Shown here piece by piece: positions 1 to 8,241 of a DNA stretch of 64,000 bases. The stretch comes from a virus. Numbering within the stretch: position 1 is the first letter of the stretch; each line of letters opens with the position of its first letter. The stretch covers positions 1-64,000 of the IMG/VR virus record IMGVR_UViG_3300045988_144119; one strand, 5' to 3'. The translations under genes and the position numbers were made by a program. The notes beneath the pieces are model-generated. The model searched no databases. It had not been told where the DNA came from and saw nothing but the letters and a program-made list of their open reading frames with translations.

Positions 1-23
1 GTCTAGTTTAGTTTTTGTGTTGT

Positions 24-65
24 AGTGCCCCACCCCATTAGAGAATGGTTCTGGGGCACTTTTTA
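24..65 (+). terminator. Rho-independent terminator-like hairpin at the window edge
   Basis: 9-bp stem AGTGCCCCA/TGGGGCACT (24-32 / 52-60) followed by TTTTT (61-65). It would end a + strand transcript entering from outside the window. Confidence 0.5.
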
Positions 66-129
66 TTGAAAATCAGCCATTTGAAAATAAGCAAAAAGAT
101 AGTATCACCCTCAAAAATGACGGTTTTCG

Positions 130-190
130 ATTGTAAATGCAATTGTAAATAACAATTTTATTGCATTTTAATTGCACAAAAATGTAAATC
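130..190 (+). repeat. ATTGTAAAT direct repeats upstream of the integrase gene
   Basis: Exact ATTGTAAAT at 130-138 and 142-150, imperfect ATGTAAATC at 182-190. A further exact copy lies at 1399-1407, just after the int stop. Confidence 0.5.
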
Positions 191-231
191 TAAATTACAA
201 AAGAACTAAGTAGAACTTAAATATATTGATT

Positions 232-1398
232 ATGGCAATGATAAATGCGGTTGTAATAAACAGCCAAAAATTGAAAAGTGGAAAGTACAGGATTAAAATT
301 TCCGTAGCCCACAAAGGAATTACAAGATACATATCTACGGATATGGATATTGAATCACCGTCACTGCTCAAAAACAATAAGGTGGTGAGAGGAGAAAATT
401 CATCTATCTACAACATGAAGATAAAAGCCATTTTAGAAAAATACGAAAAAATCCTTTTGGAAATTGATACAGACGCATATAATTGTCAACAACTGATTGA
501 GATTCTTAAGCGTGGGAAATCAGATAATGCCCAGACATTGAGATGTGCATTAGACAGTTACGTTAAATCATTGGAACGACCGAAATCGGTTAAGCTATAC
601 ACTCTTGCAGTAAATAGGTTTATAAAATTTATGGGATATGAAGTTATGTTACGTGACATAACTCCGGAAAATATACAGGGATTTAGCAATAAACTTGTTA
701 ATGACAAATTAAGCTCAACCTCGATAAACATATACACAACGCTCTTAAAAGTGGTAATAGACTACGCCATTAAGTTAAAGATGGTTGATTACAAGGTTTA
801 CCCTTACGAAGTCTATAAAAAGCCATCTGCGAACGTAAGAGACCTGGATATCAGTGTTACAGAACTAAAAAGGATTCGTGATCTAGAAATAGACAGATAT
901 AATCTAAGGATTGTTCGTGATATCTTTATGCTGTCCTATTACCTAGCAGGAATGAATATAGGAGATATTTTAGCTTACAATTTTAAGGGGAAAAAGCAAG
1001 TAACATATACACGTATAAAGACGGAACACACCAAGGACGGTAATTTGCAGACTTGTTTTTCCATACAACCGGAAGCTAAGGAAATAATAGACAGATACAT
1101 GGATAAGAGTGGAAAACTTGTTTTCGGACGATATGAAACACGAAGTAAGGTGGATAACCTTCTATTCAGACAAATGCAAAATCTTGCAACAGAAGCAGGG
1201 ATAAGCAGAAAATTGATATATTATTCGGCTCGTAAGTCGTTTGTGCAGCATGGTTTTGAAATCGGGATACCATTGGAGACACTGGAATACTGTATAGGGC
1301 AGTCGATGAAAAAAAACAGACCGATATTTAACTATGTGAAAATCATGTCAAAGCATGCAGATCTTGCCATAAGACAGATATTGGATAATCTCAAGTGA
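232..1398 (+). CDS. int: Tyrosine-type site-specific integrase (Bacteroidales phage/CTn type)
   Basis: The track ORF starts at a TTG at 226; the first ATG is 232. The N-terminus KSGKYRIKISVAHKG resembles the arm-binding domain of Bacteroides integrases. The C-terminus YYSARKSFVQHG...IGQS...FNYV fits the R/H/Y catalytic region. Confidence 0.85.
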   Translation: MAMINAVVINSQKLKSGKYRIKISVAHKGITRYISTDMDIESPSLLKNNKVVRGENSSIYNMKIKAILEKYEKILLEIDTDAYNCQQLIEILKRGKSDNAQTLRCALDSYVKSLERPKSVKLYTLAVNRFIKFMGYEVMLRDITPENIQGFSNKLVNDKLSSTSINIYTTLLKVVIDYAIKLKMVDYKVYPYEVYKKPSANVRDLDISVTELKRIRDLEIDRYNLRIVRDIFMLSYYLAGMNIGDILAYNFKGKKQVTYTRIKTEHTKDGNLQTCFSIQPEAKEIIDRYMDKSGKLVFGRYETRSKVDNLLFRQMQNLATEAGISRKLIYYSARKSFVQHGFEIGIPLETLEYCIGQSMKKNRPIFNYVKIMSKHADLAIRQILDNLK

Positions 1399-1405
1399 AT
1401 TGTAA

Positions 1406-1440
1406 ATATAGGTTGTATCAGTTTTTGATACAACCTATAT
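1406..1440. terminator. Perfect 15-bp hairpin between convergent genes
   Basis: ATATAGGTTGTATCA (1406-1420) pairs with TGATACAACCTATAT (1426-1440) around a GTTTT loop. It sits between int (+) and the 1480-1698 ORF (-). Confidence 0.6.
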
Positions 1441-1479
1441 GAATGAATAATTATACCAAAATAGAGAAATTATTCCTTA

Positions 1480-1698
1480 TTAATTACCAATATTATATTG
1501 TTCTATCACAGCAACCATTTCCAAATCAAAGAAAAGGATACGTACACCATCATTGCATATACCGTATTGAGAACTGGGACGTTCATCGGTCCATCCGTTT
1601 TCAGCTATGACTAAATCAACTACTTTAAAAATTATATCCAAAGATACAAAGTTTATTTCTCGGTTGATAAAGTCTCTGAGTTCTTCTAATGTTTTCAT
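1480..1698 (-). CDS. Hypothetical protein (72 aa)
   Basis: ORF packed 4 nt downstream of the XRE gene on the same strand. No motif recognised. Confidence 0.5.
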   Translation of the reverse strand: MKTLEELRDFINREINFVSLDIIFKVVDLVIAENGWTDERPSSQYGICNDGVRILFFDLEMVAVIEQYNIGN

Positions 1699-1702
1699 TT
1701 TT

Positions 1703-1915
1703 TTAGTTTTCTATAAAATCAATCCTGCAACCTAGTGCATACCCTATCTTTGCAAGGATATCTATACCTGTACTATATTTACCAAGTTCTATTCGTGCTA
1801 TGTGACCCTGGTTTATACTGACCAGCTCTGCCAACTTCACTTGGGACAACCCTCTTTGCTTTCTAAGTTCGGCAATACGCTTGCCGATTCGTTCTCTCTC
1901 ATTCAAGTTCTCCAT
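1703..1915 (-). CDS. XRE-family helix-turn-helix transcriptional regulator
   Basis: ERIGKRIAELRKQRGLSQVKLAELVSINQGHIARIELGK is a classic HTH_3/Cro-CI motif. Start placed at the internal ATG (MENLNE) at 1915 rather than the track start at 1966. Confidence 0.85.
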   Translation of the reverse strand: MENLNERERIGKRIAELRKQRGLSQVKLAELVSINQGHIARIELGKYSTGIDILAKIGYALGCRIDFIEN

Positions 1916-2198
1916 ATAACCTCTCTTCCTCTCTTTCTTCTTCACACAAGAAATTCCACATCTCAATCAATGCTAATTCCTTATCTCTATTGCTTCCGCT
2001 GTTAGATGGATCAAGCCAATTTATATGGGCTATTCTATCTTTAAATTCATCATAGCTACAGTATATACTATCCGCATCTTGGTCGAACCAAATAAAACAA
2101 CGAGGGAAAGATAGGCGAATAATCCCTATCTGGCCATGGTAATCAATAATGTTTTCAGCAAGGTATATACCTGGATATTTCGGATTTTCTTTTTTCAT
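1899..2198 (-). CDS. Hypothetical protein (99 aa), upstream partner of the XRE gene
   Basis: ORF overlaps the XRE start by 17 nt and abuts the 2198-2416 ORF. No motif recognised. Confidence 0.55.
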   Translation of the reverse strand: MKKENPKYPGIYLAENIIDYHGQIGIIRLSFPRCFIWFDQDADSIYCSYDEFKDRIAHINWLDPSNSGSNRDKELALIEMWNFLCEEEREEERLYGELE

Positions 2199-2416
2199 TA
2201 GTAGATAACAGCTTTTAATTTTACGTCAGTTATACAAACACTCTCTTGTCTCTGCACGGAATAGTAAGTGACATGATTACTCGAAACTTCAAACATCGGA
2301 TAGATTGAATCAGGATCGTCTTTAATTCCTTCAACCGTGAATTTAACGCTACCTTGTTTTGCTGCCTGCTTGAATGCTCTGCGAAAATTTATATCTAATG
2401 AATTAAAAGTTTTCAT
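2198..2416 (-). CDS. Hypothetical protein (72 aa)
   Basis: First ORF of a tightly packed three-gene leftward unit that ends with the XRE gene. Confidence 0.5.
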   Translation of the reverse strand: MKTFNSLDINFRRAFKQAAKQGSVKFTVEGIKDDPDSIYPMFEVSSNHVTYYSVQRQESVCITDVKLKAVIY

Positions 2417-2538
2417 AATCTTAATGCCGCTTATCCGTTGCCGCCGATTCTATTGTGTTATTTTGATACTGCAAATATAAATGTTTATCTTGACAATGCA
2501 AAATATTACATTAATAAAGAAGGCATGTTTTTAAACAT

Positions 2539-3309
2539 TCATTCAGATAATACGCTTTGTGCGTATTCCGCACGCCTGTTTATTTTCGTTCTGAGCGCGG
2601 TTAAGCGATTTCGGGTAAATTCTAAGCCACTATGTGTGCGAATGCCTCTTGCGTTCAATCGTTCAACTACCTTGTCAATATCTTGCGGAGTATTGCACCC
2701 CTCCAACATGGCGGCTATCATATTGTTCTTTTCATCGTTCATCGCTTCCTTTCTTCTTTTTTCGCCATTTACCTTACCGCCTTTCGCCTGTCCGGTTGTT
2801 GTGCCCCCCAAAGAGGTACACCAGTTGCCCGATTTAGAGTAAAAGCCGCCTTCTTGCTCTATCTTTTTCTTTCTTGCTTCTAATGCAGCTTTAGTACGGT
2901 TCTTTATATTAAGCCGTTCTATCTTGGCAAAAGTTGCCATCATGGATAATTGCAGTTCTATAAGCGGATTCATGTCCGAGCAATCAATATCAAGATTTAC
3001 ATTTGATATAATTAACCGCAAACCCTTTGGGGCGAAAAATTCGGCTATCATATCGCTAAGTTCGATAATTCCACCTCTTGTAAGGCGTGAAACTTCCGAC
3101 ACAATAATAGTATCTCCTTTATTCGTCTTTGACAACAATTCGGATAGGTTTCTTTTTTTGTATGAAACGCTTCCGCTTATCCCTTCATCGGAAATAATCT
3201 CATCAATTTGCAGCCCTTTTGATTCGGCATACTTTGCTATTATATTTCTCTGGCTTTGCGCGTCTTGTTCGTCCGTTGAAAAGCGGTGATAAGCATATAT
3301 CTTTCCCAT
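2539..3309 (-). CDS. Serine recombinase (resolvase/invertase family)
   Basis: N-terminal catalytic motif KIYAYHRFSTDEQ, then DTIIVSEVSRLTRGG, with a C-terminal basic HTH-like tail. 256 aa. Confidence 0.85.
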   Translation of the reverse strand: MGKIYAYHRFSTDEQDAQSQRNIIAKYAESKGLQIDEIISDEGISGSVSYKKRNLSELLSKTNKGDTIIVSEVSRLTRGGIIELSDMIAEFFAPKGLRLIISNVNLDIDCSDMNPLIELQLSMMATFAKIERLNIKNRTKAALEARKKKIEQEGGFYSKSGNWCTSLGGTTTGQAKGGKVNGEKRRKEAMNDEKNNMIAAMLEGCNTPQDIDKVVERLNARGIRTHSGLEFTRNRLTALRTKINRRAEYAQSVLSE

Positions 3310-3322
3310 AAATTAGCCCTCC

Positions 3323-3517
3323 TTAGATTAAAATTCGTTTCGGCAATGATTCGCCAATCTTATACAGTTCTACGCTTGTAACTTCTTGTGTTTCTTTAAG
3401 CAGGTTTATCCCATCGCTGTAGAAGTTTAGCAACCTTATAGCTTCTAATGCGTTACATGGTTGAAGCATTATACTACGTCCTTTTTCGTTAATCTGAATG
3501 AAATAATTCTTTTCCAT
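3323..3517 (-). CDS. Hypothetical protein (64 aa)
   Basis: ORF packed between the 423-aa gene and the serine recombinase gene. Confidence 0.45.
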   Translation of the reverse strand: MEKNYFIQINEKGRSIMLQPCNALEAIRLLNFYSDGINLLKETQEVTSVELYKIGESLPKRILI

Positions 3518-3641
3518 AATCTTTTTGTTTTTAAGTTAGTAAATAGTTCCGCCCGTGGAACTTGCACCACTTGCAAGGCTTTCAACCTTTGGCGAATAAT
3601 TCGGTTTAAAAACCGTTATTTCCTGTCATTTCCTTCATGCA

Positions 3642-4913
3642 TCAATCGTCCTCAAATACTTCAAACTTATAAAGTAAATCTTTAACGTGTTCGGTTATCA
3701 AACCTTTTGAGAAATATTCGTCTGCCATTTTCTTTACATGGCTTTCTTTTGCCTTTTTGTATGCAAAAAATGCCGAATGTGCATCCGGAAAACTGCCTAT
3801 ATATATTCGTTGTGTGCCATCGCTGTAAGCTGCTGTATAGTATTTATAATTCATAACTGATACTCCAATCGGGTATTTCCCCCGTTTAGAACGGTTCTTA
3901 ACTATTAATGTATTCAATTCCGAAGGCAAAGCGACGCAGGTTTCTGGGCTGTACAAAATGCCACGTTTTCCGCATTGTGATAAATCTTTGTCAATATCAT
4001 AGCCTTCTGGAACATTTTCATCATACCATTTCTTGAAGTTAGAGTACTTATGCCATTCTTCACAAACCGTACATCCTTTGTAACTTGTCCGCTTTTTAAG
4101 AAATTCTTTTGAATAGCACCTTTGTATCATATTGCGCCAAACACAATATGATTTAGGCATTTCCCCGTTTATAGTTGCACCTTCTAAATCATTTATGCCA
4201 ACACCGAAAATAATATTTTTACGTTCATTGTAAGAACATTTCCAGCACCCATTTCCCATTAAATGAGCGGAAGGGTCTTGCAGAAAAGAGCCATGTATAG
4301 GGCAGATTATTTCAACTTTTCTTTTTGGATTTACATACACAGTTTTAGAGTAATCATATTTAAATCCATGAACTTCATTTGCTTTCGCAATAAATTCTTC
4401 CGTTGTCTTTCTTCTTTTATAATTGCTGTTCTCTTTGCCGCATATAGGGCACCCATAAGGTGATTGCAAATGATAGTTTGGTTTTATTGATATTGCTCCA
4501 TGTTTATGGCAAATTAGTTCAACTGGATTATTGCTATTTTTATACACAACATTAGAATAATCAAATTTATCTCCAAACTTTTCTTTTGACTTTTTTATGA
4601 AACTATCTATTGTATCAGAAAAACGCGTACCTGTTTTTTCGTGTGCGCACATAGGGCAACCTGCCGCACCGCTTAAATGAAGTGCTGGTGCTTGAATAAA
4701 TGCCCCATGTTTTCTACATATTATTTCTACCTTTGTATGGTAATTCTTGTATTCTACTTTTGAATAATCATATTTATCACCATGAATTTTCATGGCTTTT
4801 TCTATGAATATTTCTTTAGTAAATCTTTGCGAGTCACCTCTCTTTTTGCGAGGTTTTTCGTTTCGGTCGCTACTATTATTCACAACCTCAACAATTTTGC
4901 GTTCCTTGGTCAT
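3642..4913 (-). CDS. Triple zinc-ribbon repeat protein with an AP2-like C-terminal DNA-binding region (homing-endonuclease-like architecture)
   Basis: Three ~65-aa repeats of the form HG-KYDYSKV-Y-(K)VEIIC-KHG-F-Q-P--HL-G-GCP-C. These are followed by WRNMIQRCYS...CEEW and an AP2-like segment GVSVMNYKYYTAAY...IYIGSFPDAHSAFFAYKKA. Confidence 0.6.
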   Translation of the reverse strand: MTKERKIVEVVNNSSDRNEKPRKKRGDSQRFTKEIFIEKAMKIHGDKYDYSKVEYKNYHTKVEIICRKHGAFIQAPALHLSGAAGCPMCAHEKTGTRFSDTIDSFIKKSKEKFGDKFDYSNVVYKNSNNPVELICHKHGAISIKPNYHLQSPYGCPICGKENSNYKRRKTTEEFIAKANEVHGFKYDYSKTVYVNPKRKVEIICPIHGSFLQDPSAHLMGNGCWKCSYNERKNIIFGVGINDLEGATINGEMPKSYCVWRNMIQRCYSKEFLKKRTSYKGCTVCEEWHKYSNFKKWYDENVPEGYDIDKDLSQCGKRGILYSPETCVALPSELNTLIVKNRSKRGKYPIGVSVMNYKYYTAAYSDGTQRIYIGSFPDAHSAFFAYKKAKESHVKKMADEYFSKGLITEHVKDLLYKFEVFEDD

Positions 4914-5128
4914 TGCGCTAAATCATTAAATGTAAAAAGGGCTGCCAGCTCTGCTATCCGACCAAGGAACGCTACATATATAGCTATGCAGAGGGCAACC
5001 CCAATATCTTTATATCGTGGATTCAATGCTAAAATATGTCTGATTCCTTGGTCGGTGAATCGTGTGCAAATGTACGAAAAATAGCTCATATATGAAAATG
5101 TTTTTGTAGATAATTCGCTAAAAACCAT
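4910..5128 (-). CDS. Hypothetical small protein (72 aa)
   Basis: ORF whose stop overlaps the start of the 3642-4913 gene (ATGA). It has a hydrophobic central segment. Confidence 0.4.
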   Translation of the reverse strand: MVFSELSTKTFSYMSYFSYICTRFTDQGIRHILALNPRYKDIGVALCIAIYVAFLGRIAELAALFTFNDLAQ

Positions 5129-5311
5129 TTTTCCCCGTTAATTCTTTTGCTGTTCCGCACAGAATCCAAATCAAAATGCATATAAAAAACATAGTCATTC
5201 CTCCTTTATTTAATTATTCGTTTTTAATATCCTTTTCCCACAACCCCAGCAGCCGTATTGCTGCCGGGGTGTCATACATGAAATATGTTGGCAAAAGCCC
5301 CAACAATGTAT

Positions 5312-5569
5312 CTATGCTAATTGTGGCAATATATTCTTGTTTTTCTCAAAGTAGGCAAACAATACGTTTTTACGTTTGTCTGTCATTTGGCGAGATAAAG
5401 GTTGCTCCTCGCTTTCCGAAACCCCATAAACGCCTATTTCTCCAGTTGTCATCATTGCGCCTATCGTTGCACCATCGGCAAACCGTTCGGCTGCTTCTTT
5501 GTTTTCAAAACACCCGCGCCACTCGCTTATTACGCGGCTGTTGTTTACGAAATAAAATGTATAGTCCAT
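5312..5569 (-). CDS. Hypothetical protein (85 aa)
   Basis: ORF in the leftward gene series. No motif recognised. Confidence 0.5.
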   Translation of the reverse strand: MDYTFYFVNNSRVISEWRGCFENKEAAERFADGATIGAMMTTGEIGVYGVSESEEQPLSRQMTDKRKNVLFAYFEKNKNILPQLA

Positions 5570-5629
5570 ATCTTTATCATTTTAGTTTGTAGTTCCCGGT
5601 GGCGGTGTTGCTCCGCCTTCCTACATTGG

Positions 5630-5782
5630 TTAATCTTGTTCTATCGTCCACTCTTTTTTTGCGAAGCCTTTAAAGTTGCCAAACGATTTTTTAAACGCTG
5701 CTAATGCTTCTTTCTTTGTTTTGCCGTAATAGCAATAACGCGCCCCATTATGGAACTCTACTGTTAACTTATATTCTTTCAT
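5630..5782 (-). CDS. Hypothetical small protein (50 aa, below the ORF-track cutoff)
   Basis: Hand translation gives MKEYKLTVEFHNGARYCYYGKTKKEALAAFKKSFGNFKGFAKKEWTIEQD. It fills a gap in the leftward operon. A 35-aa hydrophobic ORF (5788-5895) precedes it. Confidence 0.35.
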   Translation of the reverse strand: MKEYKLTVEFHNGARYCYYGKTKKEALAAFKKSFGNFKGFAKKEWTIEQD

Positions 5783-5905
5783 ATCCTTTAAAATTTATCT
5801 GATTCATCACTCTTGTTTATAAATTCGCGTAGCTTATCCCTGTCGGTGCCGGAAATGAATATCACGGCACCGAATAATAAAACCAACAAAACCATATTCA
5901 ACTAA

Positions 5906-7132
5906 TTAAATGACCGTCTTTAATCGCCCGTTACCATCCGTAAACCCGTTAAGTGTTTCCGCCTCTTTTTCGGCTTCTTCTTTTGTTTGGAAGAATCCTA
6001 CCGGGCAATTATCCAAGGTATCTATAACGTACCAACCGCGTTTAGGATTGTTTTCCGTTATGTATCGTTTCCCTTTTACTTTCTTCTCGTAAAATTCTAC
6101 ACCCTCCGCAAACGGGGTGTAATGTGATGAGGTGCTAAGCGTACCCGATTCTATCTTGTCGTTAAACTCAATTATACCGGGTAAATCTTTTTTTAAGCTG
6201 CTTTCCACGCTTACACCGTCATAGGTTACGCAAAACTTACATTCTCCATCCGTATATACATTGAAAACATCGCCCGGCTGTATATCTGCACGTACTTTCG
6301 CGCCAGTTATGATTCCCGCGCCTTCAATATCATAATAGCGCACGCCGTTAAAGTTGCCCGTCTCAATTAAATGGATATTTTCAAACGGTCCCGTTTCCTC
6401 CGCAAGTTCCGGGATATATATTTCTTCAGGAAGCGCCGGCAACTCTGTAGGCGTTATCAACTCTTTCACCTTGTCCGCTTGTTTCTTGCTGAATATCCAG
6501 CCGGCACGCTTTTCTCCGTTATAATTTAAAGAGCAGTTAAAGCGTCCGCCCAGTTCCTTTAACTGCTCTTTGATTGCCTTCGTCTCGCCAAAAACGGCGA
6601 TAGCTTTCTCGGAGTAGTCCACGACTTCTATACCTTCAATCGTCACGGCTTCCACTTCTTTGGCTTCCTCAACCTTTTCAGGTTTAACGCTGCTTTTCTT
6701 TGCCTTCGGTTCTATAACCTTATATTCAGCACTTACTTTTATGTTTAAATAAAAATTAGTATCGAAATAGTCTTGCATGCCGTCCGAATCATCGTAACGG
6801 AAAGAACTAGCGTAATTTGATACAGCATTTAGCGATGCGAATACTTCCGGTGTTAACTCGTCTTTCCATGCCTTCACGTTGGACATCGTGGACATATAAC
6901 CACGTTCCGCGCTTCTTGATCCTTCGACGAAAGGAACACAAGGACCGGATTTTAATTCGATATACATCGAATCCGTGTACATGCTCCACTCAGAACGTAC
7001 AGAGAATTTAAACGCCGGGAAATTCTTCTTTGCATAAGATCTAACCTTTGCAGCGATTTCCTTTGTACTTAATTTGCTGTCATAATTTGAACCAGCCCAA
7101 CCATTTGCGGTATAAAAACTCATTGCTTTCAT
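5906..7132 (-). CDS. Hypothetical large protein (408 aa), first gene of the leftward arm
   Basis: Long ORF. The internal segment EKAIAVFGETKAIKEQLKELGGRFN...GWIFSKKQ resembles a module I recall from Bacteroidales conjugative-element/polyvalent proteins; this was not verified. Confidence 0.6.
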   Translation of the reverse strand: MKAMSFYTANGWAGSNYDSKLSTKEIAAKVRSYAKKNFPAFKFSVRSEWSMYTDSMYIELKSGPCVPFVEGSRSAERGYMSTMSNVKAWKDELTPEVFASLNAVSNYASSFRYDDSDGMQDYFDTNFYLNIKVSAEYKVIEPKAKKSSVKPEKVEEAKEVEAVTIEGIEVVDYSEKAIAVFGETKAIKEQLKELGGRFNCSLNYNGEKRAGWIFSKKQADKVKELITPTELPALPEEIYIPELAEETGPFENIHLIETGNFNGVRYYDIEGAGIITGAKVRADIQPGDVFNVYTDGECKFCVTYDGVSVESSLKKDLPGIIEFNDKIESGTLSTSSHYTPFAEGVEFYEKKVKGKRYITENNPKRGWYVIDTLDNCPVGFFQTKEEAEKEAETLNGFTDGNGRLKTVI

Positions 7133-7271
7133 AATGCTATAATGTTTAATGTTAATAATTCAATTCATTACAGCGTGATTAATAGCCTACTAATATCAGA
7201 TACAGCCTATACACTCAAGAACTGAATGTTATCGCAATACCAGTAAACCAAGAAAATTAAATGGGAGAATA

Positions 7272-7303
7272 TTTGCAAGTAAGAAGTTAAAGAAGTATTT
7301 TTG
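7272..7303 (+). promoter_or_regulatory. Bacteroides-type promoter (-33 TTTG / -7 TAnnTTTG)
   Basis: TTTG at 7272-7275 and TATTTTTG at 7296-7303, 20 nt apart. This matches the Bacteroides sigma-A consensus spacing. Confidence 0.45.
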
Positions 7304-7308
7304 CCTCC

Positions 7309-7388
7309 GGATTGGAGAGTACTTACTTTAAGTATTCCAACTTACGAGAGTCTTAACATTGCCGTGTTAAGGCTCTCTTTTCTTATTT
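7309..7388 (+). ncRNA. Candidate ~75-80-nt small RNA (promoter + two hairpins + U-tract)
   Basis: Hairpin 1 is AGTACTTA-CTT-TAAGTATT (7318-7336). The terminator hairpin has a 13-bp stem, GAGAGTCTTAACA/TGTTAAGGCTCTC (7346-7377), followed by TTTTCTTATTT. There is no ORF longer than 9 aa. Confidence 0.4.
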
Positions 7389-8212
7389 CCAACATTTAAC
7401 AACACGCTTTGGGGCGTTAACGTTTGCCCCTGTGAAAGAATAGGACTTTATTACGTTATCCTTTCCCTTTCACATTGCGAAGATAACGCTTTTTTATCAA
7501 AATATCAAATAAAACACATGATATTTTGTAAGTAATTATAAATAAATACATGTTTCATAACATACGTTTATAAGCGAATATAACGCTTTTATATGGCGTT
7601 ATATTTTCACCTTCACAATGTATCGCATTTACCTTTCTTCGCCTATATCTCGCATATTAAAGCCACATGCAACGAAGCAAACGAGCGTCGCAAACCGTTG
7701 CAATACAATACACAGCAGCCCAACTATGAACGCTATACTCCTCCCCCCCCTATACCAGTGCAACCGTAAACATCCGTCCTCTCTCTCATTTTTTTTATTT
7801 TTTTTCTGATTTTTTCTCTCTTTTTAATTGTTTGAATATTTTACCTAGTCAAGATACATAAGCTGTAACATAATATTATTATATTATATGAGTTATTGTT
7901 TTACGTTGATGCTTCTCTATGCAGTATGTGTATGAACCCCTTTCATTATATTCATAATAAAAGGGAGAGCGGTGTTCGCTGTCGCTCACTTTTTTCTTTA
8001 TGTTACTTTCTTTTTTATGGGTTTTGGATTAGACATTTTTCCTTTATTTATATAGGGTATGTCTAATATGCAATGAGGTAGTACTATGCAATGCAAGGTA
8101 TATTTCAAGTATTCTTTTACTTTTAAGATTAAAAGCTCAATATTAAAGCGGATTTAAATATATCACAGTGATAAATATTAAAGTAAAGCTTTAATATATG
8201 AATTTAAATTAT

Positions 8213-8220
8213 TATATTTG
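8213..8220 (+). promoter_or_regulatory. Candidate -7 box (TATATTTG) of the rightward early operon
   Basis: TAnnTTTG match 22 nt upstream of the ATG at 8242. The palindrome TATCACAGTGATA (8161-8173) lies about 40 nt upstream. Confidence 0.35.
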
Positions 8221-8241
8221 CGTGTATTATAATAGAATAAC

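Noticed and set aside
2539-3309. The serine recombinase acting as an IS607-type TnpA partner of the TnpB element.
   Set aside because: It lies 26 kb from tnpB. Its catalytic domain is N-terminal (resolvase/invertase order), not preceded by a MerR-like HTH as in IS607 TnpA.
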